NCBI RefSeq assembly: GCF_009914755.1 | Contig: NC_060935.1 | Length of the DNA stretch: 64,000 nucleotides | Direction: 5' to 3' (one strand) | From: the human T2T-CHM13v2.0 reference genome, Homo sapiens | Shown: positions 15,980 to 32,710 of the stretch, piece after piece | How the letters are laid out: each line of letters begins with the position of its first letter | How positions within the stretch are numbered: the first letter of the stretch is position 1 | Translations under genes and position numbers: made by a program | The notes under the pieces: model-generated | Told to the model about the DNA's origin: nothing | Seen by the model: the letters and a program-made list of their open reading frames with translations, nothing else | The model's database searches: none

Positions 15980-16440
15980 AACACTCATTTAAGTGGCTTG
16001 TGTAATTCTCAGCATTACTACCACGTAGACATTATTGTCCCATTTTATGGATAGTGAAACTAAAGTTTAGGAAAATTAAATTACAATAATGAAAGAAGAT
16101 TAATATAATGATAAAATATAGGCTTAGAGTGAGAAGAGAAGTTTTAATTTTCCCTCTGACTCTAATCAGCTGTAATTTTCCACTGGTTCTTTCACCTATT
16201 TGAGCCTCAGACCTTTGATGTTGAAGATGATTAAAATAATAATAACTATATTTCTGTAGAACTAATTTTACATGAAATATTGCATTTAACCTTCCCTTTC
16301 TTCCATCAGTTTTAGTTTACAGATGAGAAGATTAATGCTTGAGCAAAATTAAATAGCTTTCCTAAAGGTCATGTAGTTAGTAGGTCATGCAGCCATCTTT
16401 GAATGCCTGGTCTCTGTGATTTTGAAGTCCATGGTCTTAC
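15980..16440. mobile_element. Cluster of MIR fragments in both orientations
   Basis: cccattttatggatagtgaaactaaag; tgagcctcag; tttacagatgagaagatt...aaggtcatgtag. Confidence 0.55.
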
Positions 16441-17179
16441 TCAAAATGCTAATTTCTAATGTGTCTGTGTGTAATAGGGAAAGTGGGGCGCACAGACCAA
16501 GGGAAGAACTAGGTAAAAAAAAAAAAACATGAAAAGTATGTGACTCACGGTAAACTCTTATGCTAATTTTTTCCCAGCTCTATCTGATATTTTCATAATA
16601 TCCTCAACTGTGCTTTGCATATTTCACTACTACTTGTTGATATCCCAGTTGCCTTGATCTCAGTTCCCACCCCAAATCTAGGAGCCAAAATGATTTTTCT
16701 ATATGATCCATTAAATAACTTGAGCTGCCAATCAGCTTCTTCAACAGAATATTAATAAGCATGCTCAAGCAGAGGCAAATAATTGGTCATCCATGAGGCT
16801 ATTAACCTCTGATAGGGATTGGACTACCTAAAATTTAATATCCCTTATCTCTAATATTTCATCTAACTTACCTAGTAGAATAAATCATGAAGTTATTTGA
16901 TAGTACCTTTGTAAAAATGATCTTTTTCTCTTTTGCTCATTCACAGTACATTCCAGATTGTTAAAACTGTCTATATTACTATAATAAATAGAGACTCAGT
17001 GTCTCTATTTAGCCCAACAACAAGCATCCTCTCTGACTCATATTCTCAAAGCCAGAACAAGCCAATTTTGATCTTAGAAAATTTGTAATGAAGTTTAATA
17101 TGTGAAAATAAATCCACTCTTGTTCTTAAAATTTAGGGAGGTTTGTATAAATAGATTATAGATACATTTCTATCTCAAA

Positions 17180-17300
17180 TATGCATTTATTCACCAAATA
17201 TTTATGGAGCAACTACACACCAAGTATCTTGTTGAGTTTTAAAGGTATGATGGTGAAGAAGGTAGATTCAATCTCTGCTCTTCGGAGAGTAATTGACATG
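17180..17300 (-). mobile_element. L2 3' end remnant
   Basis: catttattcaccaaatatttatggagcaactac. Confidence 0.6.
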
Positions 17301-17778
17301 GCTAATAGTGACTTTTTCTGTTTCAATCAAGGTACACATCAGCATTGTAAAATATATTTCCCACCAATTTCAGGTTGTCCCTCATGCTCAGTAGTAATGA
17401 ATAATTAAGCGGACAATTCTCTACAATTTCTATCATAATGTCACTAATTCAGAGATCCAAAGTGGTAGGATTGGGTACAAACTTTCAAAAAAGAAAATAA
17501 TTGTAGTGAAAATTTTTAAAACCCTATTTTTCTCCAGGAACTTACTAAGTTATCCTATTTAAGTGTCTTCACTTCAATTAAGTCATCATGAAAGAGAGGA
17601 GATGAGTCATAATGGATGATGGAATTATGAAAATAAATGTGATTAAAAGACAATTTGTAAATATTAAAATGCTCCTGACATATACTCTCCTAAGCAGCAT
17701 CAGTAAAAATTAATACAAGCATATAGAAAATAAATAAATGCAAAACTTGAACTATTTAAAAAACAAACTAAAAGTTAT

Positions 17779-17942
17779 TTATTTTTTATTTTTTTGATTT
17801 GGGGTCTAACTCTATCATCCAGGCTGGAGCGCAGTGGCACAGTCACAGCTTATGGCAACTTTGAACTCCTGGCCTCAAGCTACCCTCTCACCTCAGCCTC
17901 CCAAAGTGCGGGGATTACAGGCTTGGGCTGCTGTGCCTGGAC
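17779..17942 (-). mobile_element. Alu monomer (FRAM-like or AluJ arm recombinant)
   Basis: About 150-nt monomer with a T tail. TSD AAAAGTTAT at 17770-17778 and 17943-17951. Confidence 0.85.
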
Positions 17943-19115
17943 AAAAGTTATATTTTCATAATAAAGAACAAATTATAAATATGATTTTTGGCAAATGAAA
18001 CATTAAATCTCATATTACAGAAATAACAAAAAAATAGGGATTTTGGTAAATAAGGCCTGTTAACTGAGAATCTTACCATAAAGTTGAGCATTTTATAAAA
18101 ATAGAGAAGCTTCTGATTTTTAAGTTTTTCTTTCTGTACTTACAGGGATAAAGAAAATAGGCTCCCTGGGACAGTTGCGTTATTAATTGAGTCATTCAAC
18201 AACTCAGATGCTATATCCATTGTGTTCTCTCCAAATTCTTTGACCCAAAGCCTCTGATGTGTACACACACTATTAGAAAGAAGAATGGTTATTTCCCAAC
18301 ATGTAGTTATATTAAAGAATGTTGAATCACTGTGATTACTCATTGAACTTGTTTTCAAAGACTTCAGAGAGTCCAGTATGCAGTTTCATTCCCCATTCTC
18401 ACACTTTTTTTTTGTTAATGGCACTGCAGTTAAGAGAAATGAGCATCATTGTCCACATGTGTACTCCTGTTTTTGTATACTCTGTAGATGTGGAAATGCA
18501 TCACTTAAATAATCATCTTTTTAGGGGAGCAAAGAGAAGATCTTCTGTTTATTGACACTGAATCAGTTGCAGCAATTGCATAGAAAGTCTGCAATATTTG
18601 AATCCCTAAAATCTGGACATTCAATTAGGGCAGGAGACAGCTAACCTGGAAATGTTCTCACTACCAAAATTTAGAAATGATGACTGAAATAAAGCAGCGA
18701 AAATTCCAATATGTAGCTGATCTCACAAGAAAGAAAAGGAAATCCCGAAGTATCAGAAACAAATAAGAACTAAAATCCAAAGTATACTCTCTGGTGTTAA
18801 CCCTGAGGAGATCTTGGAAGCAAGGTACATTTTTTATATGTTACAGAAGTAGACCCTAAAGTCTAAAACCTAGAGGATGAATGATCATGCCAGGGCAAAG
18901 GACAAGTCCTTGGGCCTGCCTAAGAATGGAAGTTGAATAGCAGTGTCTGCCCAAGTCAGACTCCAGATGGAATGACCTGCTGGTTCAGAGTAGAAGACAA
19001 AAATTCCCCAATGAGAAACCAAAAGCCTATGCAGCACATGTATTTGTGGCCCAAATGCGTATTACCACATAGTATCAAAAATATGCGATTGAAATTTAAC
19101 ATAAACATTGATCCT

Positions 19116-19433
19116 TTTGTTGCAATTGCTTTTGGTGTTTTAGTCATGACTTCTTTTCCCGTGCCTATGTCCTGGATGATATTGCCTAGATTTTCTTCTA
19201 GGGTTTTTATGGCTTTAGGTCTTATGTTTAAGTCTTTAATCCATCTTGAGTTAATTTTTCATAAGGTGTAAGCAAGGGGTCCAGGTTCAGCTTTCTGCAT
19301 TTGGCTAGCCGGTTTTCCCAACACCATTTTGTATACCTGTGTAACAAACCTGCATGTTCTGCACATTTATCCCAGAACTTAAAGGATAATAATAAAAAAA
19401 GAAAGTAAACTACATAGAAAAATGGGGAAAAAA
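19116..19433 (+). mobile_element. Tiny 5'-inverted L1PA6-8-like insertion
   Basis: Antisense ORF2 piece 19116-19329 (KTPKAIATK on minus). Sense 3'UTR tip tgtatacctgtgtaacaaacctgc...aataaaaaaa at 19330-19400. Candidate TSD ATTGATCCT at 19107-19115 and 19434-19442. Confidence 0.85.
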
Positions 19434-20812
19434 ATTGATCCTAAGTAGGGTTCATGCAAAAGCATTCTCGAGGAAGACTTTCATAACGTAGATGCACAGT
19501 ATATCTCAAAGTGGTCATTGTCTGCTGAAATAGGGACTACTCACTGAAGAATCAGACCAAGAACTTCTAAAACATTTTAGTTGCTTTAGATAACCATACT
19601 GTTAAAAAAAACCTTAAAAAGTGGGAAAATCATAGTTGACCAACTAATCTCAATATCTTCTGAAATGAATGCTACTACTACTAAATGTTTACCACCGAAT
19701 AAGATCGGCATGCATTCAATTATTTTTAAGGGCCAGGTGCAGTTTGTATGGAAGAAAGTGGTATATGAAGCTAAAGGCTGTGGCACCACAGCTAACCATA
19801 CTATTTCCCTGAAATATTTTATAGTTCTCAGGTTACAATGTAATACTAAAAATAATTATAGATTTATAGTTTTTTTATGATTACTTTGAAGGCAATATTA
19901 AATAAATGTGAATAGATAATTGAAAACCTTATAGGAGGAAGTAAACAGGAATATTAAAAGATGTTTAGCTCAGTCCAATATTTTCATTTTTGGCACTGGC
20001 AGAAAATCCACTGCAAACTCAGGTTGTCAGCTCTTCTATTGCGTACTATTTCTACTTTTTATACTTCTTGGAATTATGAAATGCTTCACTACATGAAACT
20101 GAAAACTTACTTGAAGAACTAAATAAGCATTTTTGAGTCCCCAAATACTTACCCATGTGTAATATCTGAGAAAATACCAATTTTGTGTAAATGTTTTTCT
20201 CCTATTCTAAAAATACAAAACATTAACTCAACAAATATCATCTGTGTAACAGAAACAGTATTTTTAAATTTAATGAATGATGTCCTGTAATTGTTAGTTG
20301 CTTTCTTTTCTCTGTAACTTTAATATAAACCAAAAGCTAAGAAAACCCTTATTTTATATTAGATTTTAGTAAAATAATAAAAAAATTTGATTTTAGTAAA
20401 TTATCTAAAATAAATATATATTAAAAAATATATGAATTATGTGTGAATGACAAGTAACACTTCCATTATAGCAATTAAAGGGATTCACATTGTTAAATGT
20501 GAGAAAGCCTTGAATTTAGAGTCTACTTGAGCTGTATAAGAACAAGTTGAAGTATTTCAATTATACTTTATGGAGTTCCTTCATTCCTTCGAGTAAAGTC
20601 ATGTGGATATTTTAAATAAATTATTAATAAAATATTAAATGTACTGAAGGCTGTCAACTGGGTGATGGTAACAGTAAAAAACAGTTTTCTTTATAAAACA
20701 ATTGTTAAAATATTTGAAAGTTTTGGATTTTGTATCTGTATATTGTAATTATGCATTAATGCAATACAACATTTCAAAATTCTCAGGCTTCTGCTAAATA
20801 TGTAATTTCCCC

Positions 20813-21107
20813 TTTTTTTTTGAGACAGAGTCTTGCTCTGTTGCCCAGGCTGGAGTGCAGCGGCATGACCTCGGCTCACTGCAAGCTCCGCCTCTCAGTT
20901 CAAGCCATTCTCCTGCCTCAGCCTCCCAAGTAGCTAGGACTACTGGTGCCCACCACCAGGCCCGGCTAATTTTTTTTTTTTTAATTTTTAGTAGAGACGG
21001 GGTGTCACCATGTTAGCCAGGATAGTCTCGATCTCCTAACCTCATGATCCGCCCGCCTCGGCCTCCTAAAGTGCCAGGAGTACGGGCGTTAGCCCCCGTG
21101 TGCAGCC
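20813..21107 (-). mobile_element. AluY, antisense to CNTN5
   Basis: gcaagctccgcc, gccattctcc, ttagccaggatagtctcgatctcc. Confidence 0.93.
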
Positions 21108-22024
21108 TATATCATTTATTTTAATAATAAATATTAGCGAAATCTTGCTTAGAATCAATGTTCAACTCGTCATTGAAATTTTTCTGTGGAAAACAGACCT
21201 GAAAATACTTAAGTATCCATTATTCCTTCAGACTTGTTTTATATCCTCTTTACTGTTTTTCTTATATTTAAATGGTGCAGGTAGAAGGAGCTCCTAACAT
21301 AATAATGTTTAGTTAGGCTGGGATGATAACAGAAATGTTACTTTTCATATTTTATGAATGCATATTATTCATTAAGTTCTTAGGTACGTTGTCTTGGTGG
21401 AAGCTTATGAAGTACGTAATATTCTAATTATATGAATTTTAAAAATGAACCTCAAAAAGTTAGTTAAATACTGGCTCAGTTTAAACCATCATACTGTCTC
21501 TGAAAGTCCCAGTGAACTTAAACTTAATTTAGAAGTTAAACTAAGTTACAAAATGGGATGTGTGTAGAGAACATTTGGACAGAAGACATGTAGTTTGCCT
21601 TTCTTTGATAAGTTTAATTGCTTAAGTGTCCCTGTCTCACACCTTCTTTACAATAAGGTCTATATCTGTATCTTCTTATTCTACATTGTTTCATAGGTTT
21701 GGGTAAATTTTCTTCATTAAATTGATCTTTGAGAATGGAAAATTGTCTCTTACCTTTCTATTTTCAGTGTTATCATAGTTCTGAGTACCTAAAACATGTT
21801 CAGTACACATTGGAATTGAAAGAATAAATAAACGAGTCAAGGTCAGACATCGTAAGAAATATTTCAGATCTCACCGTAGTCATTAACAATAATCCTTTAA
21901 ATATAAAATACTAAATTATATAGATACATGGATCAAATATGTATGACCTTGCAATATATCTAATGCTTTCTAAAGGCTTTGTTGTTTGAGCTTTGTCTGT
22001 TAATGAAAAAATCAAAGTCTTTCG

Positions 22025-22049
22025 TTGACCAAATTTTGTGTATTTTCAG
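22025..22049 (+). promoter_or_regulatory. Branch point, pyrimidine tract and 3' splice site
   Basis: TTGAC (yUnAy, A at 22028, position -22) followed by aaattttgtgtattttcAG. Confidence 0.7.
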
Positions 22050-22253
22050 AGATCATCTATAGCTGGGTATTTAATGAGTTCCCTTCCTTTGTGGCGGAAG
22101 ACAGCCGGCGGTTCATCTCCCAGGAGACAGGCAACCTTTATATTTCTAAAGTCCAAACATCAGATGTTGGCAGCTATATTTGTCTGGTGAAAAACACAGT
22201 GACGAATGCTAGAGTCCTTAGTCCTCCAACGCCACTCACTCTGCGTAATGATG
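22050..22253 (+). CDS. CNTN5: Internal coding exon of contactin-5 (C-terminal part of Ig-like domain 2), 204 nt, phase 1-1
   Basis: Translates (E)[67 protein letters not shown](G), which I recognise as contactin-5. Has the Ig C-strand Trp and the DxGxYxC F-strand motif. Bounded by tattttcAG (AG 22048-22049) and G|GTAAGT (GT 22254-22255). Confidence 0.95.
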
Positions 22254-22259
22254 GTAAGT
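22251..22259 (+). promoter_or_regulatory. 5' splice donor ATG|GTAAGT
   Basis: Consensus GTAAGT at the end of the contactin-matching frame. Confidence 0.92.
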
Positions 22260-23289
22260 TGCTTGGCCCGTTAAAATGGTCAGCCAACTCTAATTTGGAA
22301 AATAAAGATGTATTAGTGTGTGTTTTTTTTTTAAGACCTGGAACTTACAAATAAAATAAAAAGGCATTTGCCATATTTAGACACTACATTTTTAGGCCAG
22401 GATTTTGCATGCCTTAGAATAAAAGTTTAGACATAAGAAATTGATGATCCATGGTTGAGAAATATTCACCATAATGCTACTCTAATGCCAGAAAGGGAGA
22501 AAGAATCTGATAAAAAGAACCATAATAAATACTCCACAGTTCTTTCCTTTGCTCTTCAGTGCCTCTATATAACATATGTGTATGAATTGCAAGCATTTTA
22601 TGGGTTCACTTTTCATTACATTTTTATTTTACCTGCCTTCAAATTGAATGCTCAGGTTTTAATACTTCATGGTATAGTTATAATTGTGATTATTACTTTT
22701 CCAATAATAGGAGCAGTTGGAACTGTAACTTTTAGGTGCAAATCAGGCAGAAGTGATGATTCTATAATTATAGTATTGCCATCTATCCAAAGTATCTTCA
22801 AATTTAAACACCTCATTTGTATTTATAGACATGTACAGTTAAGCATTGCATTAAAGAATTCAAGTGCTATATTACCATTGATATATGATGTGTAGTTTGC
22901 TCTGTCATGCAGCAAAAAATCTATGAAGGCGTTATTAAGAAGCATGAGAATCCTGGTTGATTGTGAAACTTAAAAAATAATCTATTTAAGTGCTGTTTTT
23001 TCATATGCTTGGTTTTAGAATATATGCTGCTGGAATGTATGACCAGAGCTATATCACAAGATTTTTGCTTACTACTTAGTTTATATAGACTTTGTTGTTT
23101 GCGTGTGTGTGTGTGTGTATATATGTTTATATGTATATATGTAAACATTTAAATATGTGTATTTATGTAAACAAGTCTATGAAACTTCATAAACTGTGAA
23201 GTATGTATTATATATACATATATAGATAGAGATACACAGTATTATATAAAATATATATAATAGTAACAACACCATCAGGTAAAGGGTAA

Positions 23290-23850
23290 AAATGTAATAT
23301 TCATTTTAAAGAGAAGAAAGCCAGTATTAAAGAAATGATGAAAATTGCTAAAGGCCTCACAGTTAGGTAACGGCATGGAGAAACCAGTAGAAAAAAGAAT
23401 GCTGACTTGGAAACCAATTCAGGGGCTACAAAAACTAATCCGCCAAGAGGCGATAAATGACTGAACAAAAGCAGTGATGGTAGCACTGGAGGACAGGAAA
23501 CATTAACTGGGATATTAAGAAGGTAGGATTACCAGCATTTGATAATTAATGAATTACAGGCTTTGGAGTAGGTGGAGGCTAGCATACACAAATATTTCAA
23601 GGCTTTAGCAGAGTTCATTGAATGGGCGATGATTCTCCTCATCAGAAAAGAACACAGCTGAAGAAGTAGAGAAGTAGTTAAAAATGAGGAATTCAGTTTT
23701 GAATATGAGATACAGGGTACATGGGAAATCCATGTGAAAATTGGGAATAGGTAATCAGATACATATTCCTAATACCCATAAGAGAGAGCTGGGCTACTGA
23801 AAGAGATTTAAAAGTCATCATTGTGTATTACATCACCATAGAATAATGTG
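23290..23850 (-). mobile_element. L2 remnant
   Basis: Purine-rich L2 pattern, aatgaggaattcagttttgaatatg. Confidence 0.55.
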
Positions 23851-24299
23851 TATATATTATGCCAACTTCAAGATTGTGTAAGAGTGTCTACAGATGGAAA
23901 ATAAAGAAATGCAGTTTTACAGTTTATCTAATTAAAAGCTTTGAATTAATTCTCTATAAGCTATTTCTCCAAAACTTCTGAGCCCCTTTCTCCCTGATTT
24001 CTTAAGACGTTATTGCATTCTTATCTGAAAATTATAACTTTTTTGGCTAACAATTAATTCCATTTTCACTATCCATCTGTATAATAATACTTTATATTTG
24101 AATAGTGCCTGAGGTTGAGGAGGCTCTTCCACCTTCTTTTCACACCAGAGACCTCTTTCTACACATTGCCGATCACAAGGGAGAGTAGCACATGTGTAAG
24201 ACAGTGTCCATGTGCAAGAGTGTTTTGCACTTTTGGTTCATGGCCCAGATATATCACTTATCTTTACGTTCTACCTTCCATGGGCACACATTTCATGAA

Positions 24300-24900
24300 T
24301 AATCATTCGCTGACATTTAAATCCCTTTGCCTCTGTGTCTTCTGTTGCCCTTGTTTGGCAAAACCCCAACTCCAATGAACTCAATTATACTCTTACCCTG
24401 TGACTGCCTTGAGATTCTGAAAGCTACCTGAAATGTTTACACCCACCAGGGGTTCATGATCATCAATTTCAAGTGGGCTCTCAACATTGCCATTCAATCC
24501 CAAGTTTCTGTGGACAGCTTAATTTGCTACTCTCCCCTAAATTTTTGGAAACTTCTGTGCTTTCCTTAGACTGGATTGCCTCACGACCACCACTTCACAA
24601 AAACTGTGTACCTTATCAAATCATCTTCCTACTAATAAAATTTAAATCTTAACTGCATCTCCATCTGCATTGTTATCTCCCATCCTATTTCAATAGAGAT
24701 AGTATACTGTCCATCCTCCTGTTACAACCAGTTCCTCCATCCTGTACTATTGAGAATCATTCCCTCCAGCCTTTCAGAAAATTACACTATAAGTCATTGC
24801 TTCTTATATAACAGAATTCTAGGTCACTAAACTAATACTGTTTTGGTCATTATGTTAATTGAACTGACTGTAGCAGTTGACGTTGTTGACACTTTTTTCT
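24300..24900 (+). mobile_element. L2 remnant
   Basis: aaaaccccaactccaatgaactcaa...ctgtagcagttgacgttgttgacac. Confidence 0.5.
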
Positions 24901-26162
24901 TTTACAAACGTCTATATTTTCAAAAAGTCATTATTTGAGAAGTACTATATAAAAGGCTCAATAAAGCAAGTATAAATCAATAAAACAAAACTGTTATTTT
25001 AAGGTTGACATTTAACAAAAACAAAAAAACCAGGTAGGAAGCATCTGCTAAATTTCTGTTACATCATTCAGTAACAGTCTTATTTTTTACCAGAGAAGCT
25101 ACAAAATTTACATTTGTTTTTTTCTGTAACTTACCTAAGGCTATTGCTTTCTCGGCTTTTATTTGTCCATTTTTTTTTTAAATCCACATTGAATGAATGT
25201 AGTGACATAGAAAAACAAAACAAAACAAAAACCCACAAAATCCTACTCACCTCTCCCTGCCACTAAATCTCACGCTGGAGAGCCAAACTTCTAACTTCCC
25301 TTTTTTGTTGTTGTTGTTCCATAAGGTTCTCATAAAATGCTAGAAAATATCTGCACGTCTTGGTTACTCAAGCTTAAACAATAACTGTTTATTCCTTCAT
25401 TTGATAAGTGTGCATAAGTTTCTTCCTTCCATTTTAATATGCATTTTTAAGTTTACTGTTGCTTATCCTTTAAACTTTAATAATATACTGAAATTTCTAC
25501 TGCTCTTTTAACTCGAGTCTAATTCATAGCTTTTTATGTCATGAAATGAGGATCATTTTATTCCTCCTTTTTCCTTCATCTTTCCTAAGCTACTTTTATG
25601 TTTTTTTTCTTCTACTTGTATTTTGGCAATTCTGTGCAGCAAATACAATCTTATCTTCTATACTTCTTCTTAGACTAACTCTATAAACTGGAAAATCAAT
25701 AAATATCTACAGATTATTAATATATAATTATGACTTAATATGATATTTTTCCAGGTTTTTAAGCCACTTCCTAGACATGTATACTATACTGGATGTGTTT
25801 TTCATACTAACTGAAACTTTGAATTAAATATAACCTAAAGAAAAATAAGGCTAATAACATTAATAAGAATGCAGTATAGTTTGGATGTAGTGTTTCTTAA
25901 AGTTCTGCTGTACAAAAACAATTAGTAGTTTGGATAACAGTGTTCAGAAAGGAACATGAGTCACTACAGTGAAAATCGTAATGAAGGCATTGGTGTGGTT
26001 AAGAAATCACGGGGAGAGAGTATGAAATGAGAAGAGAAGTGACTGTAAGGTCAAGCCTGAACTAATCTACATTACATTAGGAGGGTAAATAATGAAAATC
26101 CCACAAAAAATAATGAGGAGAAGGTAGAGAGATAATAAGATAATAGGAAAAACAGTAGAACA

Positions 26163-26535
<373 letters not shown>

Positions 26536-27409
26536 TTAAACATGGTGGACTGGATGCATGCATTTGCTACCTGTCGCCCTTCTCAGATCCTACAAAACTA
26601 AATCTATATTATTAATGAGAATGCTGAAGGAGAGGAAGAGCATCACCAAGTGAGACATTTCCATATATTTCTGAAAGAATGAGGAAGGATTGAGTTAAAG
26701 TATTAAAGAAGTGGAGCAAACTAAAACACAGAATAAAGTGTAAGGGGTCTAAAGAAAGGGTTGAGGACCATATGCCCAATGGAAGCTTGAGGACATTCTG
26801 AAATCAAAGTTAGCACTAAGAAGGGATGTAAGAAATGGGATTCAATAAAGGGGATTGAAGACATAACACACTGAACAACTATTTCAATAAAATGTTGAAC
26901 ACCTTTTCCTTCTCTATCGCTATATGCAAAAAGTCCAAAGACTCATCTCTTAATAATATGAATGAGCTTTCCGTGGAAAGATGAAGTTTTAAATGTCAAC
27001 AGTGGCACTCTAGTGCAAAACTCTTATTCTAGCATTCGTATGCCAGCAGCCTGAGAGCCAGCTCCCTGTCCTCACACCAAAGCAGAGCCTGGTCATCCAC
27101 ACACCCCATTCAGTCATGACCCCCACACACCTCAGTAGAGAACCAATTCTTCAGACACAGCATCAGGGGAACTCACACCAACTTGCAAAATTTTCGATAT
27201 ATACGTAGAGAGACATATAGATAGATATAGTTATATATACATATACACACACACATATATGCAATTCTAAGTTAATAGTTACTGTTGAAAATTCTTGTGC
27301 TTATAGAGTGATTACAAAATTCATACTAAGATAATATGAAAAAACTTGAAACATAAAATTACTCTAAGGAAGACGTAGATTAGAATGGAATTATTTTTAT
27401 TCAAAAACT

Positions 27410-31067
<3,658 letters not shown>

Positions 31068-31523
31068 TATTCAAAAACTTTCACATCACTATTTGATCTC
31101 TCTTCAAAAAATATGATTGAAAAGTACGTTCATAAGAAGGACACTTTCCTGAATGTTTTCCTAAGTAGATGGCACATATTAAACACTTGTTCTGAAAATA
31201 AAAATAGAATATATATTGCACCACGGTCAGCTGAAATTCCTGCTGGGTTTTAGAAACCTCTCAATGCAGAGATAGGCATTACAATGAATGTTTCTGCAAA
31301 TGTGGCAAATGCCTCTGTAGGGGTTTGAATATAAAAATTATCTTTAATCTGCTGTGACCATAGAGCTGGCTAAAAAAAATCATTTCAAGAACATTGTGTT
31401 TTTACACTTCTCTGAAAAAATGTAGACCTTTCTAAAAATAATAAGGGACATATGCAAAGGCAGTATTTTTCCTTTCAAGTAGAAATTGAATTTTACTTAA
31501 TAACTCTCTCTTATAAAATGTAT

Positions 31524-31990
31524 TATCTTAGCTTTGGTTCCCCTAAAGCAAAGCTGGGAACAAAAATTGCTTGTAGGTAGTTTATTTCAAATTTATCCCC
31601 AGAGAGCAGGATTAAGAGATGTGATGGCATTGATAGGTGAAGCCAGAGGAGAGATGCATTACAGAGATGACCGCTTCTACAGGCATCTTGAGCTTGAGCC
31701 CACAGGACCAGAGCCTTACAAAATGCACTCAGAATGGTCACCTTGGAGGGTGTATTGATGGACTTTCATCTGCCATTCCCAGAGTGTAATTCTCTTAGCA
31801 CTTAACTCTCTTGTTCTTTGAGGTTGCCCTCAAGTTGCAGCTTTGTGAAACTGGTTGCACCTACATGAACCTGGTTGCAGTAGCATTTGTAGGAGTAAAA
31901 CATCTGGTCAAGATATGTTGAACTAGCACACAAGAAGTATCTGAAACATAGATGGTAGTGAGCGTAGATCATTTTCACAGCCCTAGCACA
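31524..31990 (-). mobile_element. LTR33/LTR16-like ERVL solo LTR
   Basis: tcttagctttggttcccctaaagca...gtagtttattt...atccccagagagcag...gtgtaattctcttagcactt. Confidence 0.55.
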
Positions 31991-32139
31991 CATTTCTTAG
32001 AGAAAGTGACTCCTTCTAATACTTACATAAATTCAAATATCCTAATGTTGAACAAAAAAAGTTGACTTTCTGTTATTTATTCAGTTTATATGTTGCTTCC
32101 ATTTTGCATTTGGTGACATATATATGAATATGTATCTGT

Positions 32140-32710
32140 GGTAGGGAGGGGCTTTAGAGGGGCTTGTGGACTAGTGAGAAAGATTATTACTGTACAAAAT
32201 GCTGTGATAGATTGATAGATATATGTTACTTTGGTAACCCCTAATAGAAACATCCAACCCAGATGATACATAAGAGAATGCTTCCTGGAAGAGGTGATAT
32301 CTGAGTTTAGTTTTGAAGTAATTTGGTATTAGGTGACTAAATAAAGAGAGGATATTTGACTATCCATCAAGTACAAGTATAGAATACACAGACTATAATA
32401 AAATTGCACTTCAGTCCAGATTAACTAAAATGCAAGGCTATACGAAGGAACAGAATGTCATACCATGAAATGCTTTGTTGACCATATTACCAAAGCAGTG
32501 GTGAAGGTTTGGAAGATTTGAAGTGCGTAGAAACACAATCATTTTCCCTTACTGACATGGTGAAAAATTATTCTCATGCATTCACAAATGTGTATTGTCT
32601 GCCTATTATGTATCAGGTATTTTGTTAGGTACAGGGGATACAATGGAGGGTGAAGCAAACGTAACTATCCTTGTGTAGCTTCCAATCCAGTATGAGGTAG
32701 GATATTCCCA
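32140..32710 (-). mobile_element. L2 remnants
   Basis: cttcctggaagaggtgatatctgag; catgcattcacaaatgtgtattgtctgcctattatgtatcagg. Confidence 0.55.

Noticed and set aside
20813-21107. Exonisation of the antisense AluY near the exon
   Set aside because: Acceptor AGs are present but the usual donor position is weak (CTG|GTGCCC); no support from sequence alone
22752-22860. GTGATGA C-box as an intronic C/D snoRNA
   Set aside because: No suitably placed CTGA D-box or terminal stem
22455-22895. 146-aa hydrophobic ORF just downstream of the exon
   Set aside because: No contactin similarity; hydrophobicity reflects T-rich intron sequence
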